A stretch of DNA of 64,000 nt from an uncultured Thermoleophilia bacterium. GTDB lineage: Bacteria > Actinomycetota > Thermoleophilia > UBA2241. The DNA is taken from positions 22,202 through 86,201 of the forward strand of contig CAVPCT010000007.1 in the NCBI GenBank assembly GCA_963702475.1, given 5' to 3'. A program made the translations under genes and the position numbers. The notes beneath the pieces are model-generated. The model did not search any database. It was given only the letters and a program-made list of their open reading frames with translations, and was not told the DNA's origin. Positions 41,195-51,005 of the stretch are shown in pieces. Each line of letters begins with the position of its first letter. Position 1 is the stretch's first letter.

Positions 41195-42502
41195 ATGGAA
41201 GCGCGTGACTACCTGCGACAGAGGCTCGAGGTGTCGGCCGACGACCTCGCCGTGGTGAACGACTTCCTCACGTCGGACGCCAACCCGCTGATCGACCCGC
41301 TCCTCGACCTCGTCGAGCGGTACGGCGGCGTGGACGAGATCAACCGCAAGGCCGACGAGGCCGGCGAGCTCGAGAACCGCATGGCGCGCCTGCGCGCCGA
41401 GGGTTCTCCCTTCGTCGCCGGCCTGGAGTGGCTCATCGAGCAGCGCGACGCGGGTGCGTTCGTCACGCTGCCTGAGTATCGCCGCAGCGTGCTCGGCGAC
41501 GCGGCCGAGCCCATGACCTTCGACGACGAGCACGCGGTCACGCTCGAGATCAGCGCCCTGCAGTACTTCCCCTGGCTCATCGCCGAGGCCGAGCAGGCCA
41601 TCGAGCGCCGCGAGCTCATGCCCGGCCGCTACATCCGCGTGCGCAACATGGCCGAGCAGACGGCGCCGGGGGAGGACGTCCTGGCCGTCGCGGCCGCCAT
41701 GCAGATCATCGGCGCCAGTCACGTCGAGACGCTCGACACCAAGGGCATCGACGGCTCCAACGTGCACCTCGGCGGTCCCGATACCATCGCCGGCTACTTC
41801 GGCGGCATCGGCCAGCCCAACGACTACCCGCTCAGGTGGGCCGACGAGTACCTGCGCAACCTCACCGAGTACGGCATCCGCCAGGTGCTCAACATCAACA
41901 GCGGTACGATCCTGGTCGCCATGCTGCTGCACAAGCTCGGCGTCCGCAACGAGTTCAAGGTGTCGGTGTTCATGGGTGTGGACAACCCTTGGTCGGTGCT
42001 CTGGCTCCTCATGGGCGCGCGGCTCTTCGGCGCCGAGCAGGGGACGACCGGCATGGCCGGCCTCAACCTGTCCAACTCCGTCGACGCCGACACCATCCGC
42101 GAGTCGTCCGCCGTGCGCCGGGCCTTCGGTCTCGAGCAGGACGTCCGTTTCGAGCACCACATCACGGAGGCGTACAGGTCCATCGTGCGCCAGCCGTACC
42201 TGCGCCGCGCCGAGCTGCTCGAGATCGCCGCCGACGTGCCGAACATCTCGGCCAAGCACGAGGGCGGCGATCCGGACGTCGAGGCCACGCGCGACCATCC
42301 CAGCGACCTCTTCGACTACTTCGTGCCCAAACAGCAGCTTCTGGACGGCGGGCTCATGCCGGTGCTCGAGCAGAACTACCTGGACAAGCACGAGGCGGTC
42401 TGCCGCACCGCCGCCGAGCTCACGCGCGCCGGGATCGGCGTGCACGCAGCCGCGCTGCTGCACGCGCCTCACGGGGTCGTGGTCGGCGCCGGCGCCGCCT
42501 GA
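41195..42502 (+). CDS. Hypothetical soluble protein (435 aa), function not recognised
   Basis: Strong G/C-ending codon bias, RBS GGGAGGG, TTGACC/TAGAAT promoter upstream. Confidence 0.8.
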   Translation: MEARDYLRQRLEVSADDLAVVNDFLTSDANPLIDPLLDLVERYGGVDEINRKADEAGELENRMARLRAEGSPFVAGLEWLIEQRDAGAFVTLPEYRRSVLGDAAEPMTFDDEHAVTLEISALQYFPWLIAEAEQAIERRELMPGRYIRVRNMAEQTAPGEDVLAVAAAMQIIGASHVETLDTKGIDGSNVHLGGPDTIAGYFGGIGQPNDYPLRWADEYLRNLTEYGIRQVLNINSGTILVAMLLHKLGVRNEFKVSVFMGVDNPWSVLWLLMGARLFGAEQGTTGMAGLNLSNSVDADTIRESSAVRRAFGLEQDVRFEHHITEAYRSIVRQPYLRRAELLEIAADVPNISAKHEGGDPDVEATRDHPSDLFDYFVPKQQLLDGGLMPVLEQNYLDKHEAVCRTAAELTRAGIGVHAAALLHAPHGVVVGAGAA

Positions 42503-42577
42503 CGGGGGGGTGACGGGCGCCTGTCACGCGGCTACTGTGAGCCGCGTCAGGCGCCCCGCAGCCCGAGAGGAGGAGCG

Positions 42578-43468
42578 GTGAACGACGAGGTCATCATCAC
42601 CTGCGCGGTCACCGGCGCCGGCGCGACGGCCGGTGTGCACCCCGACCTGCCCATCACTCCGCGGCAGATCGCCGGCGCGGCGCTCGAGGCGGCGCGCGCC
42701 GGGGCCGCGGTCGCGCACATCCACGTGCGCGACCCCGAGACCGGCGCTCCTTCGCGCAAGCTCGAGTACTACCGTGAGGTCGTCGAGCGCATCCGCGAGA
42801 GTTCCACGGACGTCATCATCAACCTTACGACGGGCATGGGCGGCGACCTCGTGGTGGACGACGCCCACCCCACGGTGGCCGCGGAGGGCAGCGACCTCGT
42901 TCCCGCGCTGGAGCGGCTCGAGCACGTCGAGGCGCTGCTCCCCGAGATGTGCACGCTGGACTGCGGCACCATGAACTTCTCGGATGGGGACTACGCCGCC
43001 GTCGTCACGCCCTCGCAGCTGCGCGCCATGGCGGCGCGCGTCCAGGAACTGGGCGTCAAGCCGGAGTTGGAGGTGTTCGACACCGGCCAGGTATGGCTCG
43101 CGAACCAGCTCGTGGCTGAAGGGCTGATCGACGGTACGCCCCTGTTCCAGCTCTGCCTCGGCATACGCTACGGAGCCCCCGCCGACACGCGGACCATGCT
43201 CGCCATGATCGACCTGCTGCCGCCGGGCGCGCAGTGGGCCGCCTTCGCCCTCGGACGCCTGGAGATGCCGTTCGTGGCGCAGGCGCTGCTGCTCGGCGGC
43301 AACGTCCGCGTGGGCCTCGAAGACAACCTGTACCTGCGGCGCGGGGTGTTCGCCGGCAACGCGCAGCTGGTGGAGCGCGCCGCCGGCATCGTGGAGAGCC
43401 TCGGGGCACGACCGCTCTCGCCGGAGGAGGCCCGCGGGAAGCTCGGGTTACGGCCGCGGGGAGGCTGA
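42578..43468 (+). CDS. Beta-keto acid cleavage enzyme (BKACE/Kce family), CdhC-like
   Basis: [51 protein letters not shown]. Confidence 0.9.
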   Translation: MNDEVIITCAVTGAGATAGVHPDLPITPRQIAGAALEAARAGAAVAHIHVRDPETGAPSRKLEYYREVVERIRESSTDVIINLTTGMGGDLVVDDAHPTVAAEGSDLVPALERLEHVEALLPEMCTLDCGTMNFSDGDYAAVVTPSQLRAMAARVQELGVKPELEVFDTGQVWLANQLVAEGLIDGTPLFQLCLGIRYGAPADTRTMLAMIDLLPPGAQWAAFALGRLEMPFVAQALLLGGNVRVGLEDNLYLRRGVFAGNAQLVERAAGIVESLGARPLSPEEARGKLGLRPRGG

Positions 43469-43637
43469 AGGAGTGGAGCCGAGCGTGCGTGGCGAAGGTC
43501 CCACCCCCCTTGCACTTCGCCGCGCTTCCCCCGGCGCCGGGCCTTCCTTCCGGGGCCCGGCGCCGGTCCCCCCTCCGCCGGCGGTACACTGACACAGCCG
43601 GCGCCGGGTCGCCTGGCGGAGCCAAGGAGGGCGTGAG

Positions 43638-44414
43638 ATGGAGTTGGCAGGCATTCACGGCGCGCGCGTGCTCGTCACCGCCGGGGGGAGCGGCATCGGC
43701 AACGCGATCGCGCGCACGTTCGCGGAAGCGGGCGCGCGCGTCTTCACCTGTGACGTGGACGAGGATCTCGTGAAGGCGGCCGTCGCGGGCGGCGCGGCAC
43801 ACGGCGCCTGCCTCGCCGACGTCTCCGACGAGGGCGACGTGGACCGTCTGTTCGACCAGGCGCTGGCACGACTTGGCGGGCTCGACGTGCTCGTCAACAA
43901 CGCCGGCGTCGGCGGCCCGGTCGCCTCCGTAGAGGACGTCCCGCCGGCGGAGTGGCGCCGCACCCTGGACGTGAACCTCACCGGCGCGTTCCTGTGCGCC
44001 CGACGTGCCGCGCCGCTCCTGAAGATGCAGGGCTCCGGCAGCATCGTCAACATGTCGTCGCACTACGGGTTTCTCGGTGGTCCGACACGCTCGCCGTACG
44101 TGGCCAGCAAATGGGCCCTCATCGGCTTCACGAAGACGATCGCCATGGAGCTCGGGCCCTTCGGCGTGCGCGTCAACGCCATCGCCCCGGGGGGCGTGGA
44201 GGGCGAGCGGCTGGAGCGTGTGATCCGCCTCGAGTCCGAGCAGCGCGGCATCACCTGCGAGCAGTTGCGCGAGGACTGGGTCCGCGGCTGTTCGTTGCGC
44301 ACCTTCGTCAGACCCGAGGACGTGGCCGCGATGATCCTCTTCCTGTGTTCGGAGCAGGGGGCGCGGATCTCGGGGCAGACCGTCGGTGTAGACGGCCACA
44401 CCGAGTTCATCTGA
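43638..44414 (+). CDS. Short-chain dehydrogenase/reductase
   Basis: TAGGSGIG, NNAG, YVASK, VNAIAPG. Confidence 0.92.
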   Translation: MELAGIHGARVLVTAGGSGIGNAIARTFAEAGARVFTCDVDEDLVKAAVAGGAAHGACLADVSDEGDVDRLFDQALARLGGLDVLVNNAGVGGPVASVEDVPPAEWRRTLDVNLTGAFLCARRAAPLLKMQGSGSIVNMSSHYGFLGGPTRSPYVASKWALIGFTKTIAMELGPFGVRVNAIAPGGVEGERLERVIRLESEQRGITCEQLREDWVRGCSLRTFVRPEDVAAMILFLCSEQGARISGQTVGVDGHTEFI

Positions 44415-44673
44415 AAGCCGGGGCGGCGCGCCCGGCCTGAGGTCACACCCGGTTGCTGCGGCGGTGATCACCTATGTCCGCAGGTCGTATCGACGTTCCT
44501 ACCATACGACGGCGGTCGTCCTGTAGAAGAGACGATTCTGCGCAGTAACAGCGGCGCGGCCGTTGACGCACCTTGAACGCAGCCACTATCATGCAGCCAC
44601 TCCGCACGATGCCGGCGGGCCGTCCGGGACGGACGCCCGAGCACGCCCACCCCGCCCAGAGAGGGAGCGTCTG

Positions 44674-45924
44674 ATGGACGACGTAGTCATCGCGGCGGCC
44701 TGCCGCACGGCCATCGGCGCCTTCGGCGGCGCCCTCAAGGACGTGCCGCCGTACCTGCTGGCCGCGACCGTGATCCGCGAGGCGATGGTGCGCGCGGGCG
44801 TCCAGCCGGGCGACGTCGACGACGTGCGTCTGGGCAACTGCTTCGAGTCGTACCTGACGAAGAGCGTGGCCCGCTCCGCGGCCATCGAGGCCGGCATCCC
44901 CGTGAGCGCGACGGCCGTCTCCATGGACCGCGTCTGCGTCTCGGCCATGGAGGCCGTCGTCTCCGGCATGGCGATGATCAAGGCCGGCCTGGCCGACGTC
45001 GTCGTGGCCGGCGGGGTGGAGGTCATGTCCGGCGTGCCGTACGCCGTGCCGACGGCACGGTGGGGGGCGCGCCTGCAGAACCAGACCATCGACGACCAGG
45101 TCATCGAAGGCCTCTACTGCGGTTCTCGCTACCACCCCTGCCCGCCCTGTGAGGACCCGGAGCGGTATCCGGTCCACGCCCGCTTGCAGGGGCAGCCGTT
45201 CATCATGGGCCACACGGCCGAGCTGGTCGCCGAGCAGTACGGCCTCACGCGCGAGGAGCTGGACGAGGTCGCGCTGCGCAGCCACCACAACGTGGAGCGC
45301 GCCACCGAGGACGGCGATTTCGCCGACGAGATCGTGCCGGTGGCGATCCCGCAGAAGCGGGGCAAGCCGCCGCTGGTGTTCTCTCGAGACGAGCACTTCC
45401 GCCCCGGTCTGACTGCAGTCGACCTCGCCGCCCTCAAGCCGGCCTTCGTGCCGGACATCGGGGTCGTCACTGCCGGCAACTCGTCCGGCATCAACGACGG
45501 CGCCAGCGCCATCGTCATCCTGTCGGCCTCCCGGGCACGGGAGCTGGGCGTCACGCCGCTAGCCTCGATCAGGGGCGTCGGTTACGGCGGCTGCGAGCCC
45601 TCCGTCATGGGCATCAGCCCGGTCCCCGCCATGCAGGACCTGGAGCGGCGCTCGGGGCTGCGCCTGCAGGATTTCGAGGTGCTCGAGGTGCACGAGGCCT
45701 TCGCCTCGCAGTACCTGGCCTGTGAGCGCGATCTCGGGCTGGACCGCGAGATCACCAACGTCAACGGATCGGGCATCGGTCTCGGCCACCCGGTCGGGTC
45801 CACCGGCTGCCGCCTCATGGTCACGCTGCTCCACGCCATGCGGCGTCGCGGCAAGACCCTTGGTGTGGCCACGCTTTGCGGCGGCGGCGGCGTGTCGATG
45901 GCCGTCGCCCTCGAGCAGGTCTGA
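44674..45924 (+). CDS. Acetyl-CoA C-acyltransferase (thiolase)
   Basis: RTAIG.FGG, RVCVSAM, NSSGINDGA, HEAF, GHPVG.TG, LCGGGG. Confidence 0.93.
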   Translation: MDDVVIAAACRTAIGAFGGALKDVPPYLLAATVIREAMVRAGVQPGDVDDVRLGNCFESYLTKSVARSAAIEAGIPVSATAVSMDRVCVSAMEAVVSGMAMIKAGLADVVVAGGVEVMSGVPYAVPTARWGARLQNQTIDDQVIEGLYCGSRYHPCPPCEDPERYPVHARLQGQPFIMGHTAELVAEQYGLTREELDEVALRSHHNVERATEDGDFADEIVPVAIPQKRGKPPLVFSRDEHFRPGLTAVDLAALKPAFVPDIGVVTAGNSSGINDGASAIVILSASRARELGVTPLASIRGVGYGGCEPSVMGISPVPAMQDLERRSGLRLQDFEVLEVHEAFASQYLACERDLGLDREITNVNGSGIGLGHPVGSTGCRLMVTLLHAMRRRGKTLGVATLCGGGGVSMAVALEQV

Positions 45925-45938
45925 GCGAGAAGGTCCGC

Positions 45939-47582
45939 ATGCCTCCCAGACTCATCCCGCGCACGCCGGAGGCCTACGGCTATCCGCTGCTGATCAAGCA
46001 CCTGCTGCACGCGCCCATGGCTCACGCCGGCGACCACGAGATCGTCTACCGCGACCTGGTCCGCCACACCTACCGCGACTTCGTGGAGCGTGTGCACCGT
46101 CTTGCCGGCGCGCTGGCCGGGCTGGGGGTGCAGCCCGGCGACACGGTCGGCGTGCTCGACTGGGACAGCCACCGCTACCTGGAGTGCTTCTTCGCCGTGC
46201 CCATGATGGGCGCCGTGCTGCACACCGTGAACGTGCGGCTCTCGCCGGAGCAGATCCTCTACACCATCGAGCACGCGGAGGACGACGTTCTGCTCGTCAA
46301 CGCGGAGTTTCTCCCGGTGCTGGAGCAGATCTGGGACCGCGTCACCCGGGTCCGGTGTGTCGTGCTCATGAGCGACCTCGCGGAGGCGCCGGAGACGGGG
46401 GTGCCGCTGGGCGGCGAGTACGAGGCCCTGCTGGCCACGAGTCCGGCGGCATACGGCTTCCCCGACCTGGACGAGGATACCTGCGCCACCACGTTCTACA
46501 CCACCGGCACGACCGGCCTTCCCAAGGGCGTGTACTACAGTCACCGCCAGCTGGTGCTGCACACGCTCGGCGGCCTCACCGCCATGGCGATGGCGCCGCA
46601 TCAGGGCGGCTTCCACGCCGACGACGTGTACATGCCGATCACGCCGATGTTCCACGCGCACGCCTGGGGCTACCCCTATATGGCGACCCTGATGGGCGTG
46701 AAGCAGGTCTATCCGGGGCGGTATGACCCGGCCACCCTGCTCGGCCTCATCGGGAGGGAGAAGGTCACGGTCTCGCACTGCGTGGCGACCATCATGTTCA
46801 TGCTGCTGCGCAGTCCGGTCATGGAGCACACCGACGTCCGCGGCTGGAAGGTCATCATCGGCGGCGGGCCGCTGCCGAAGGCCATCTGCGAGGAGGCGCT
46901 CGCCCGCGGCATCGACATCTACGGCGGCTATGGCCTCAGCGAGACGTGCCCGTTCATCGCGAGCGCACACCTCGATCCGGCGGTGACGGACCTCGGCGAC
47001 GACGCCGAGCTCGAGGTCCGCTGCCGCGCCGGGCGCCCCAACCCGCTCGTGGACCTGCGCGTCGTCGACGCGGAGATGCGCGACGTGCCCCACGACGGCA
47101 GGGCCACCGGCGAGATCGTGGTGCGCGCACCATGGGTGACGATGGGCTACCTCAAGGACGAGCAGAGCTCACGCGCGCTCTGGGCCGGCGGCTATCTGCA
47201 CACCGGCGACGTCGGTTTCATCGACCCGCAGGGCTACCTGCAGGTGGCGGACCGCATCAAGGACGTCATCAAGACCGGTGGGGAATGGGTCTCGTCGCTC
47301 GATCTCGAGAACATCATCCTGCAGCACCCCGCCGTGAGCGAGGTCGCCGTCGTCGGCGTGCCGGACGACAAGTGGGGCGAGCGCCCGCTCGCACTGGTGG
47401 TGCTGCGCGACGGGGCGCCGGACGACGCCGAGAGCATCCGGCGCTTCGCCCTGGACCACGCGGAGCGCGGCATCATCCCCAGGTACGGCGTGCCCGACCG
47501 CATCGTCTTCGTGCCCGAGCTGGACAAGACGAGCGTCGGCAAGCTCGACAAGAAGGTGCTGCGCGAGAAGTACTGCGGGTGA
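45939..47582 (+). CDS. AMP-forming fatty acid--CoA ligase
   Basis: YTTGTTGLPKG, PMFH, YGLSET, TGD, RIKDVIKTGGE, KTSVGK. Confidence 0.93.
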   Translation: MPPRLIPRTPEAYGYPLLIKHLLHAPMAHAGDHEIVYRDLVRHTYRDFVERVHRLAGALAGLGVQPGDTVGVLDWDSHRYLECFFAVPMMGAVLHTVNVRLSPEQILYTIEHAEDDVLLVNAEFLPVLEQIWDRVTRVRCVVLMSDLAEAPETGVPLGGEYEALLATSPAAYGFPDLDEDTCATTFYTTGTTGLPKGVYYSHRQLVLHTLGGLTAMAMAPHQGGFHADDVYMPITPMFHAHAWGYPYMATLMGVKQVYPGRYDPATLLGLIGREKVTVSHCVATIMFMLLRSPVMEHTDVRGWKVIIGGGPLPKAICEEALARGIDIYGGYGLSETCPFIASAHLDPAVTDLGDDAELEVRCRAGRPNPLVDLRVVDAEMRDVPHDGRATGEIVVRAPWVTMGYLKDEQSSRALWAGGYLHTGDVGFIDPQGYLQVADRIKDVIKTGGEWVSSLDLENIILQHPAVSEVAVVGVPDDKWGERPLALVVLRDGAPDDAESIRRFALDHAERGIIPRYGVPDRIVFVPELDKTSVGKLDKKVLREKYCG

Positions 47583-47684
47583 TATGCTTTGTTCCCGAAG
47601 ATTCTCCTGAGAAGTAGGATTCAGTCGGGATAGAGAGCGGATACTCTGCTGGGACGACGGAAAGGATTCGGTACCTCAGTCGCC

Positions 47685-49475
47685 ATGGACACACTCTTCC
47701 TCATGGGCAACGAGGCCATCGGCTACGGCGCCGTGCGCGCCGGCGCCGGCTTCGCCTGCGCCTACCCGGGCACGCCCTCCACGGAGATCCTCGAGACCGC
47801 AGCCAGCCTCGGCGGCATCCATGCCGAGTGGTGCGTGAACGAGAAAGTCGCGCTCGAGACTGTTGTCGGCGCCAGCAGGGCCGGCGTGCGCAGCATGGTG
47901 AGCATGAAGCACGTGGGCGTCAACGTGGCCGCCGACCCGCTGCTCACCCTCACGGAGACCGGCGTCAACGCCGGTCTCGTCATCGTCAGCGCCGACGACC
48001 CCAGCATGGCGTCGTCCCAGAACGAGCAGGACAGCCGCAACTACGCCCGGTTCGCCAAGATCCCCATGGTCGAGCCGTCGGACAGCCAGGAGGCCTACGA
48101 CTTCGTGGCCGAGGCGTTCGCCCTCTCCGAGGAGTTCGACACGCCGGTGCTGCTGCGCTCGTCGACCAAGCTGTCGCACGGACGCGGCCAGGTGCAGCAG
48201 CGCGAGCGCATCGAGCCGCCGCAGATCGACTACGTCAAGGACATCACCAAGCACCTCATGGTGCCGCAGTGGGCGCGCCTGCGCACGCGCTTCATCCTGG
48301 AGCGGCTCGTGCGCCTGCGGGAGCGCGCCGAGCAGTCCCCGCTGAACGTCATCGAGCCCGGCACGGTGGACTTCGGCATCATCACGTCGGGGGTCGCCTA
48401 CCAGTACGTCAAGGAGGCCTTCCCGGACGTTTGGGTGCTCAAGCTCGGCATGTCCTGGCCGCACCCGTGGCACAGGATCGCCGAGTTCTACGAGATGGTC
48501 TCGCGGGTCGCGGTCGTCGAGGAGCTCGACCCGATCATCGAGGAGACGGTGCGCCTGCTCGGCCTGCCGGTCATCGGCAAGGAGGCCATCCCCGCCGACG
48601 GCGAGCTGGACCAGGACATGGTCCACGAGGCGCTGACGCCGTACGTCGACGCCCCGGCGCCGGAGCGCCGGCAGCCGGTCTTTCCGCCGCCGCAGCGTCT
48701 GCGGCCGCGGCCTCAGGCCGAGGACCTGCCGGTGCGCCCGCCGGTGCTCTGCCCCGGGTGCCGGCACCGCTCGGTCTTCACCGCCCTCAAGCGGCACAAG
48801 CTCGCGGCCATGGGCGACATCGGCTGCTACATGCTGGGCGCCGACCCGCCGCTGAACGCCCTCGACAGCTCGCTCTGCATGGGCGCCAGCATCGGCATGA
48901 TGGCCGGCTTCAACGAGGCGCTCGGGCGCAAGGCGGCGGCCGCCGTCATCGGCGACTCCACCTTCTTCCACTCGGGCATCACCGGCCTCATCAGCGCCTC
49001 CTACAACGAGGCCGAGGGCCTGGTGCTCATCCTCGACAATCGCACCACGGCCATGACCGGCCACCAGGGCAATCCTGGCAGCGGCGTGCGCCCGGACATG
49101 ACGGAGGGGCCGTCCATCGACCTGCAGTCCCTGTGCGACGGGATCGGCGTTCGCTGCACCACCATCGACGCCAAGGACTACGGCGCCATCGTCGACGCCA
49201 TCAAGTCCGAGGTGGCCACCCCGGGCCTCGGCGTCATCGTCGCCCAGGCGCCGTGCGCCCTGCTCGTGCGCGAGAAGTCCGGCACGGTGCTCGTGGACGA
49301 CGAGCGCTGCAACCTCTGCGGGCTGTGTCTGGCGATCGGTTGTCCGTCCATCGTCCCCGAGGAGGACACGGTGCGCATCACCGAGACCTGCACCGGCTGC
49401 GGGCTCTGCGTGGAGGTCTGCAAACGCAAGGCGCTCACGCTGGAACCCTCGCAGGTCGCGGGAGGTGTCAGATGA
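47685..49475 (+). CDS. iorA: Indolepyruvate:ferredoxin oxidoreductase alpha subunit
   Basis: GNEAI, YPGTPSTE, MKHVG.NVAAD, SSQNEQD, LCPGC.H, DIGCY, GDSTFFHSG, AMTGHQ, two C-terminal Fe-S motifs. Confidence 0.93.
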   Translation: MDTLFLMGNEAIGYGAVRAGAGFACAYPGTPSTEILETAASLGGIHAEWCVNEKVALETVVGASRAGVRSMVSMKHVGVNVAADPLLTLTETGVNAGLVIVSADDPSMASSQNEQDSRNYARFAKIPMVEPSDSQEAYDFVAEAFALSEEFDTPVLLRSSTKLSHGRGQVQQRERIEPPQIDYVKDITKHLMVPQWARLRTRFILERLVRLRERAEQSPLNVIEPGTVDFGIITSGVAYQYVKEAFPDVWVLKLGMSWPHPWHRIAEFYEMVSRVAVVEELDPIIEETVRLLGLPVIGKEAIPADGELDQDMVHEALTPYVDAPAPERRQPVFPPPQRLRPRPQAEDLPVRPPVLCPGCRHRSVFTALKRHKLAAMGDIGCYMLGADPPLNALDSSLCMGASIGMMAGFNEALGRKAAAAVIGDSTFFHSGITGLISASYNEAEGLVLILDNRTTAMTGHQGNPGSGVRPDMTEGPSIDLQSLCDGIGVRCTTIDAKDYGAIVDAIKSEVATPGLGVIVAQAPCALLVREKSGTVLVDDERCNLCGLCLAIGCPSIVPEEDTVRITETCTGCGLCVEVCKRKALTLEPSQVAGGVR

Positions 49476-50071
49476 GCGGCGTCACCACGGTGTGCCTGGT
49501 CGGGGTCGGCGGCCAGGGTATCCTCCTGGCTGCTTCCATCCTGAGTGAGGCTGCGTCGGCCGACGGGCTCGCCGTCAAGGCCAGCGAGATCCACGGCATG
49601 GCCCAGCGCGGCGGCAGCGTGGTCAGCACCGTGCGGTACGGGGAGAAGGTCTACTCGCCCGTGTCCGGGCACGCCGACATCGTGCTCGCGACCGAGCTGC
49701 TCGAGGGTCACCGCGGCCTGCGCCTTCTCGGCGAGGGCGGCACGCTCGTCTGCGCGATGAGCACGGTGATCCCGCCGGGCAGCGTCCTCCGTAGGGAGCA
49801 GCAGTACCCGGCAGACCTCGCGGCGGAGGCCGAGGCGCGGGGCGTGCGGCTGGTGGCCGTTGACGCCGAGGCGCTGGCGCGCGAGGCCGGCACGGTCAAG
49901 GCCGTCAACGTCGCCCTGCTCGGCGCGGCCAGCGCCGTGTTCCCGTTCGCGGCGGCCTCGTGGCAGACGGCCATCGAGCGCGCCGTGCCGGCCAAGATCC
50001 GCGCCGTCAACGAGCGCGCCTTCGCGCTCGGGCGCGAGGCCGGGGCCGGCCAGGTGGCGCAGCAGGCGTGA
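49472..50071 (+). CDS. iorB: Indolepyruvate:ferredoxin oxidoreductase beta subunit
   Basis: GVGGQG, SEIHGMAQRGGSV, NVALLG, N..AF.LG; ATGA overlap, RBS GGAGGT. Confidence 0.92.
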   Translation: MSGVTTVCLVGVGGQGILLAASILSEAASADGLAVKASEIHGMAQRGGSVVSTVRYGEKVYSPVSGHADIVLATELLEGHRGLRLLGEGGTLVCAMSTVIPPGSVLRREQQYPADLAAEAEARGVRLVAVDAEALAREAGTVKAVNVALLGAASAVFPFAAASWQTAIERAVPAKIRAVNERAFALGREAGAGQVAQQA

Positions 50072-50150
50072 CACCACGTGTGGTGCCGGGCGCGGCAGCC
50101 GCAGCTGCCGGCCGCGCCCCGCACCGCCCGGACCCGAGAGAGGAGCCGAG

Positions 50151-50906
50151 GTGCAGATCGCGGGTGCGAGGATCCTGATCACCGGCGGGGCACGCGGCCT
50201 GGGCCGCGTCTTCGCACTCGACCTGGCCGCGGCCGGAGCGCGCGTCGGCGTGTGCGACGTCGACCCGGCGGGGCTCGCGAACCTCGAGGCGGCCGCCGGC
50301 GCGGACGCCTCCATCTGGACGCAGGTCGCCGACGTGGCCGACGAGGCCAGCGTCGAGGCGCTGTTCGCCGGGTTCGTCGAGCACGCCGGCGGCATCGACG
50401 CCGTCGTCAACAACGCCGGTCTCAACCGCGACGGCTTCCTCGTGCGCAAGAGGGGCGACGAGGTCGAGAAGCTGTCGCTGGCCAAGTGGCAGGCGGTCAT
50501 CGACGTGGACCTCACCGGCGTCTTCCTGTGCTCCCGCGAGGCGGCCTGGCACATGGTCCGCCAGGGCACCGGCGGGGTCATCGTCTCCATCTCGTCGCTG
50601 TCGTGGCTGGGGAATCTGGGTCAGACCAACTACAGCGCCGCCAAGGCGGGCGTGGTCGGCATGACGCGCACCTGGGGGATGGAGCTGGCGCGCTATGGCA
50701 TCCGCGCCGTGGCCGTCGCCCCCGGCCTCACGGCGACCGAGATGGCGAAGGCCATGCCGGAGGAGGCGCGCAAGGCGCTCACCGACGCCATTCCGCTGCG
50801 CCGCATGGGCGAGCCGGCGGAGATCGCCATGGCGGTGCGCTTCGCCCTCGAGAACGACTTCATCAACGGCCGGGTCATCCCGGTCGACGGCGGCCTCAGG
50901 CTCTGA
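50151..50906 (+). CDS. 3-oxoacyl reductase-like SDR (FabG family)
   Basis: TGGARGLG, NNAGLNRDG, GQTNYSAAKAG, DGG. Confidence 0.9.
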   Translation: MQIAGARILITGGARGLGRVFALDLAAAGARVGVCDVDPAGLANLEAAAGADASIWTQVADVADEASVEALFAGFVEHAGGIDAVVNNAGLNRDGFLVRKRGDEVEKLSLAKWQAVIDVDLTGVFLCSREAAWHMVRQGTGGVIVSISSLSWLGNLGQTNYSAAKAGVVGMTRTWGMELARYGIRAVAVAPGLTATEMAKAMPEEARKALTDAIPLRRMGEPAEIAMAVRFALENDFINGRVIPVDGGLRL

Positions 50907-50913
50907 GGTCCCG

Positions 50914-50979
50914 GCCGCACCGCACGGCGGTGCGGCTCATCGAGCGCGTTGACGGGCCGCCGCCCCTTGGGCGGCGGCC
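50914..50979 (+). terminator. Two tandem GC-rich hairpins in the intergenic region
   Basis: GCCGCACCGC/GCGGTGCGGC (50914-50936) and GGCCGCCGCCC/GGGCGGCGGCC (50955-50979). Confidence 0.45.
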
Positions 50980-51005
50980 GTGAAGAGTGACGGACGGAGG
51001 TACGC

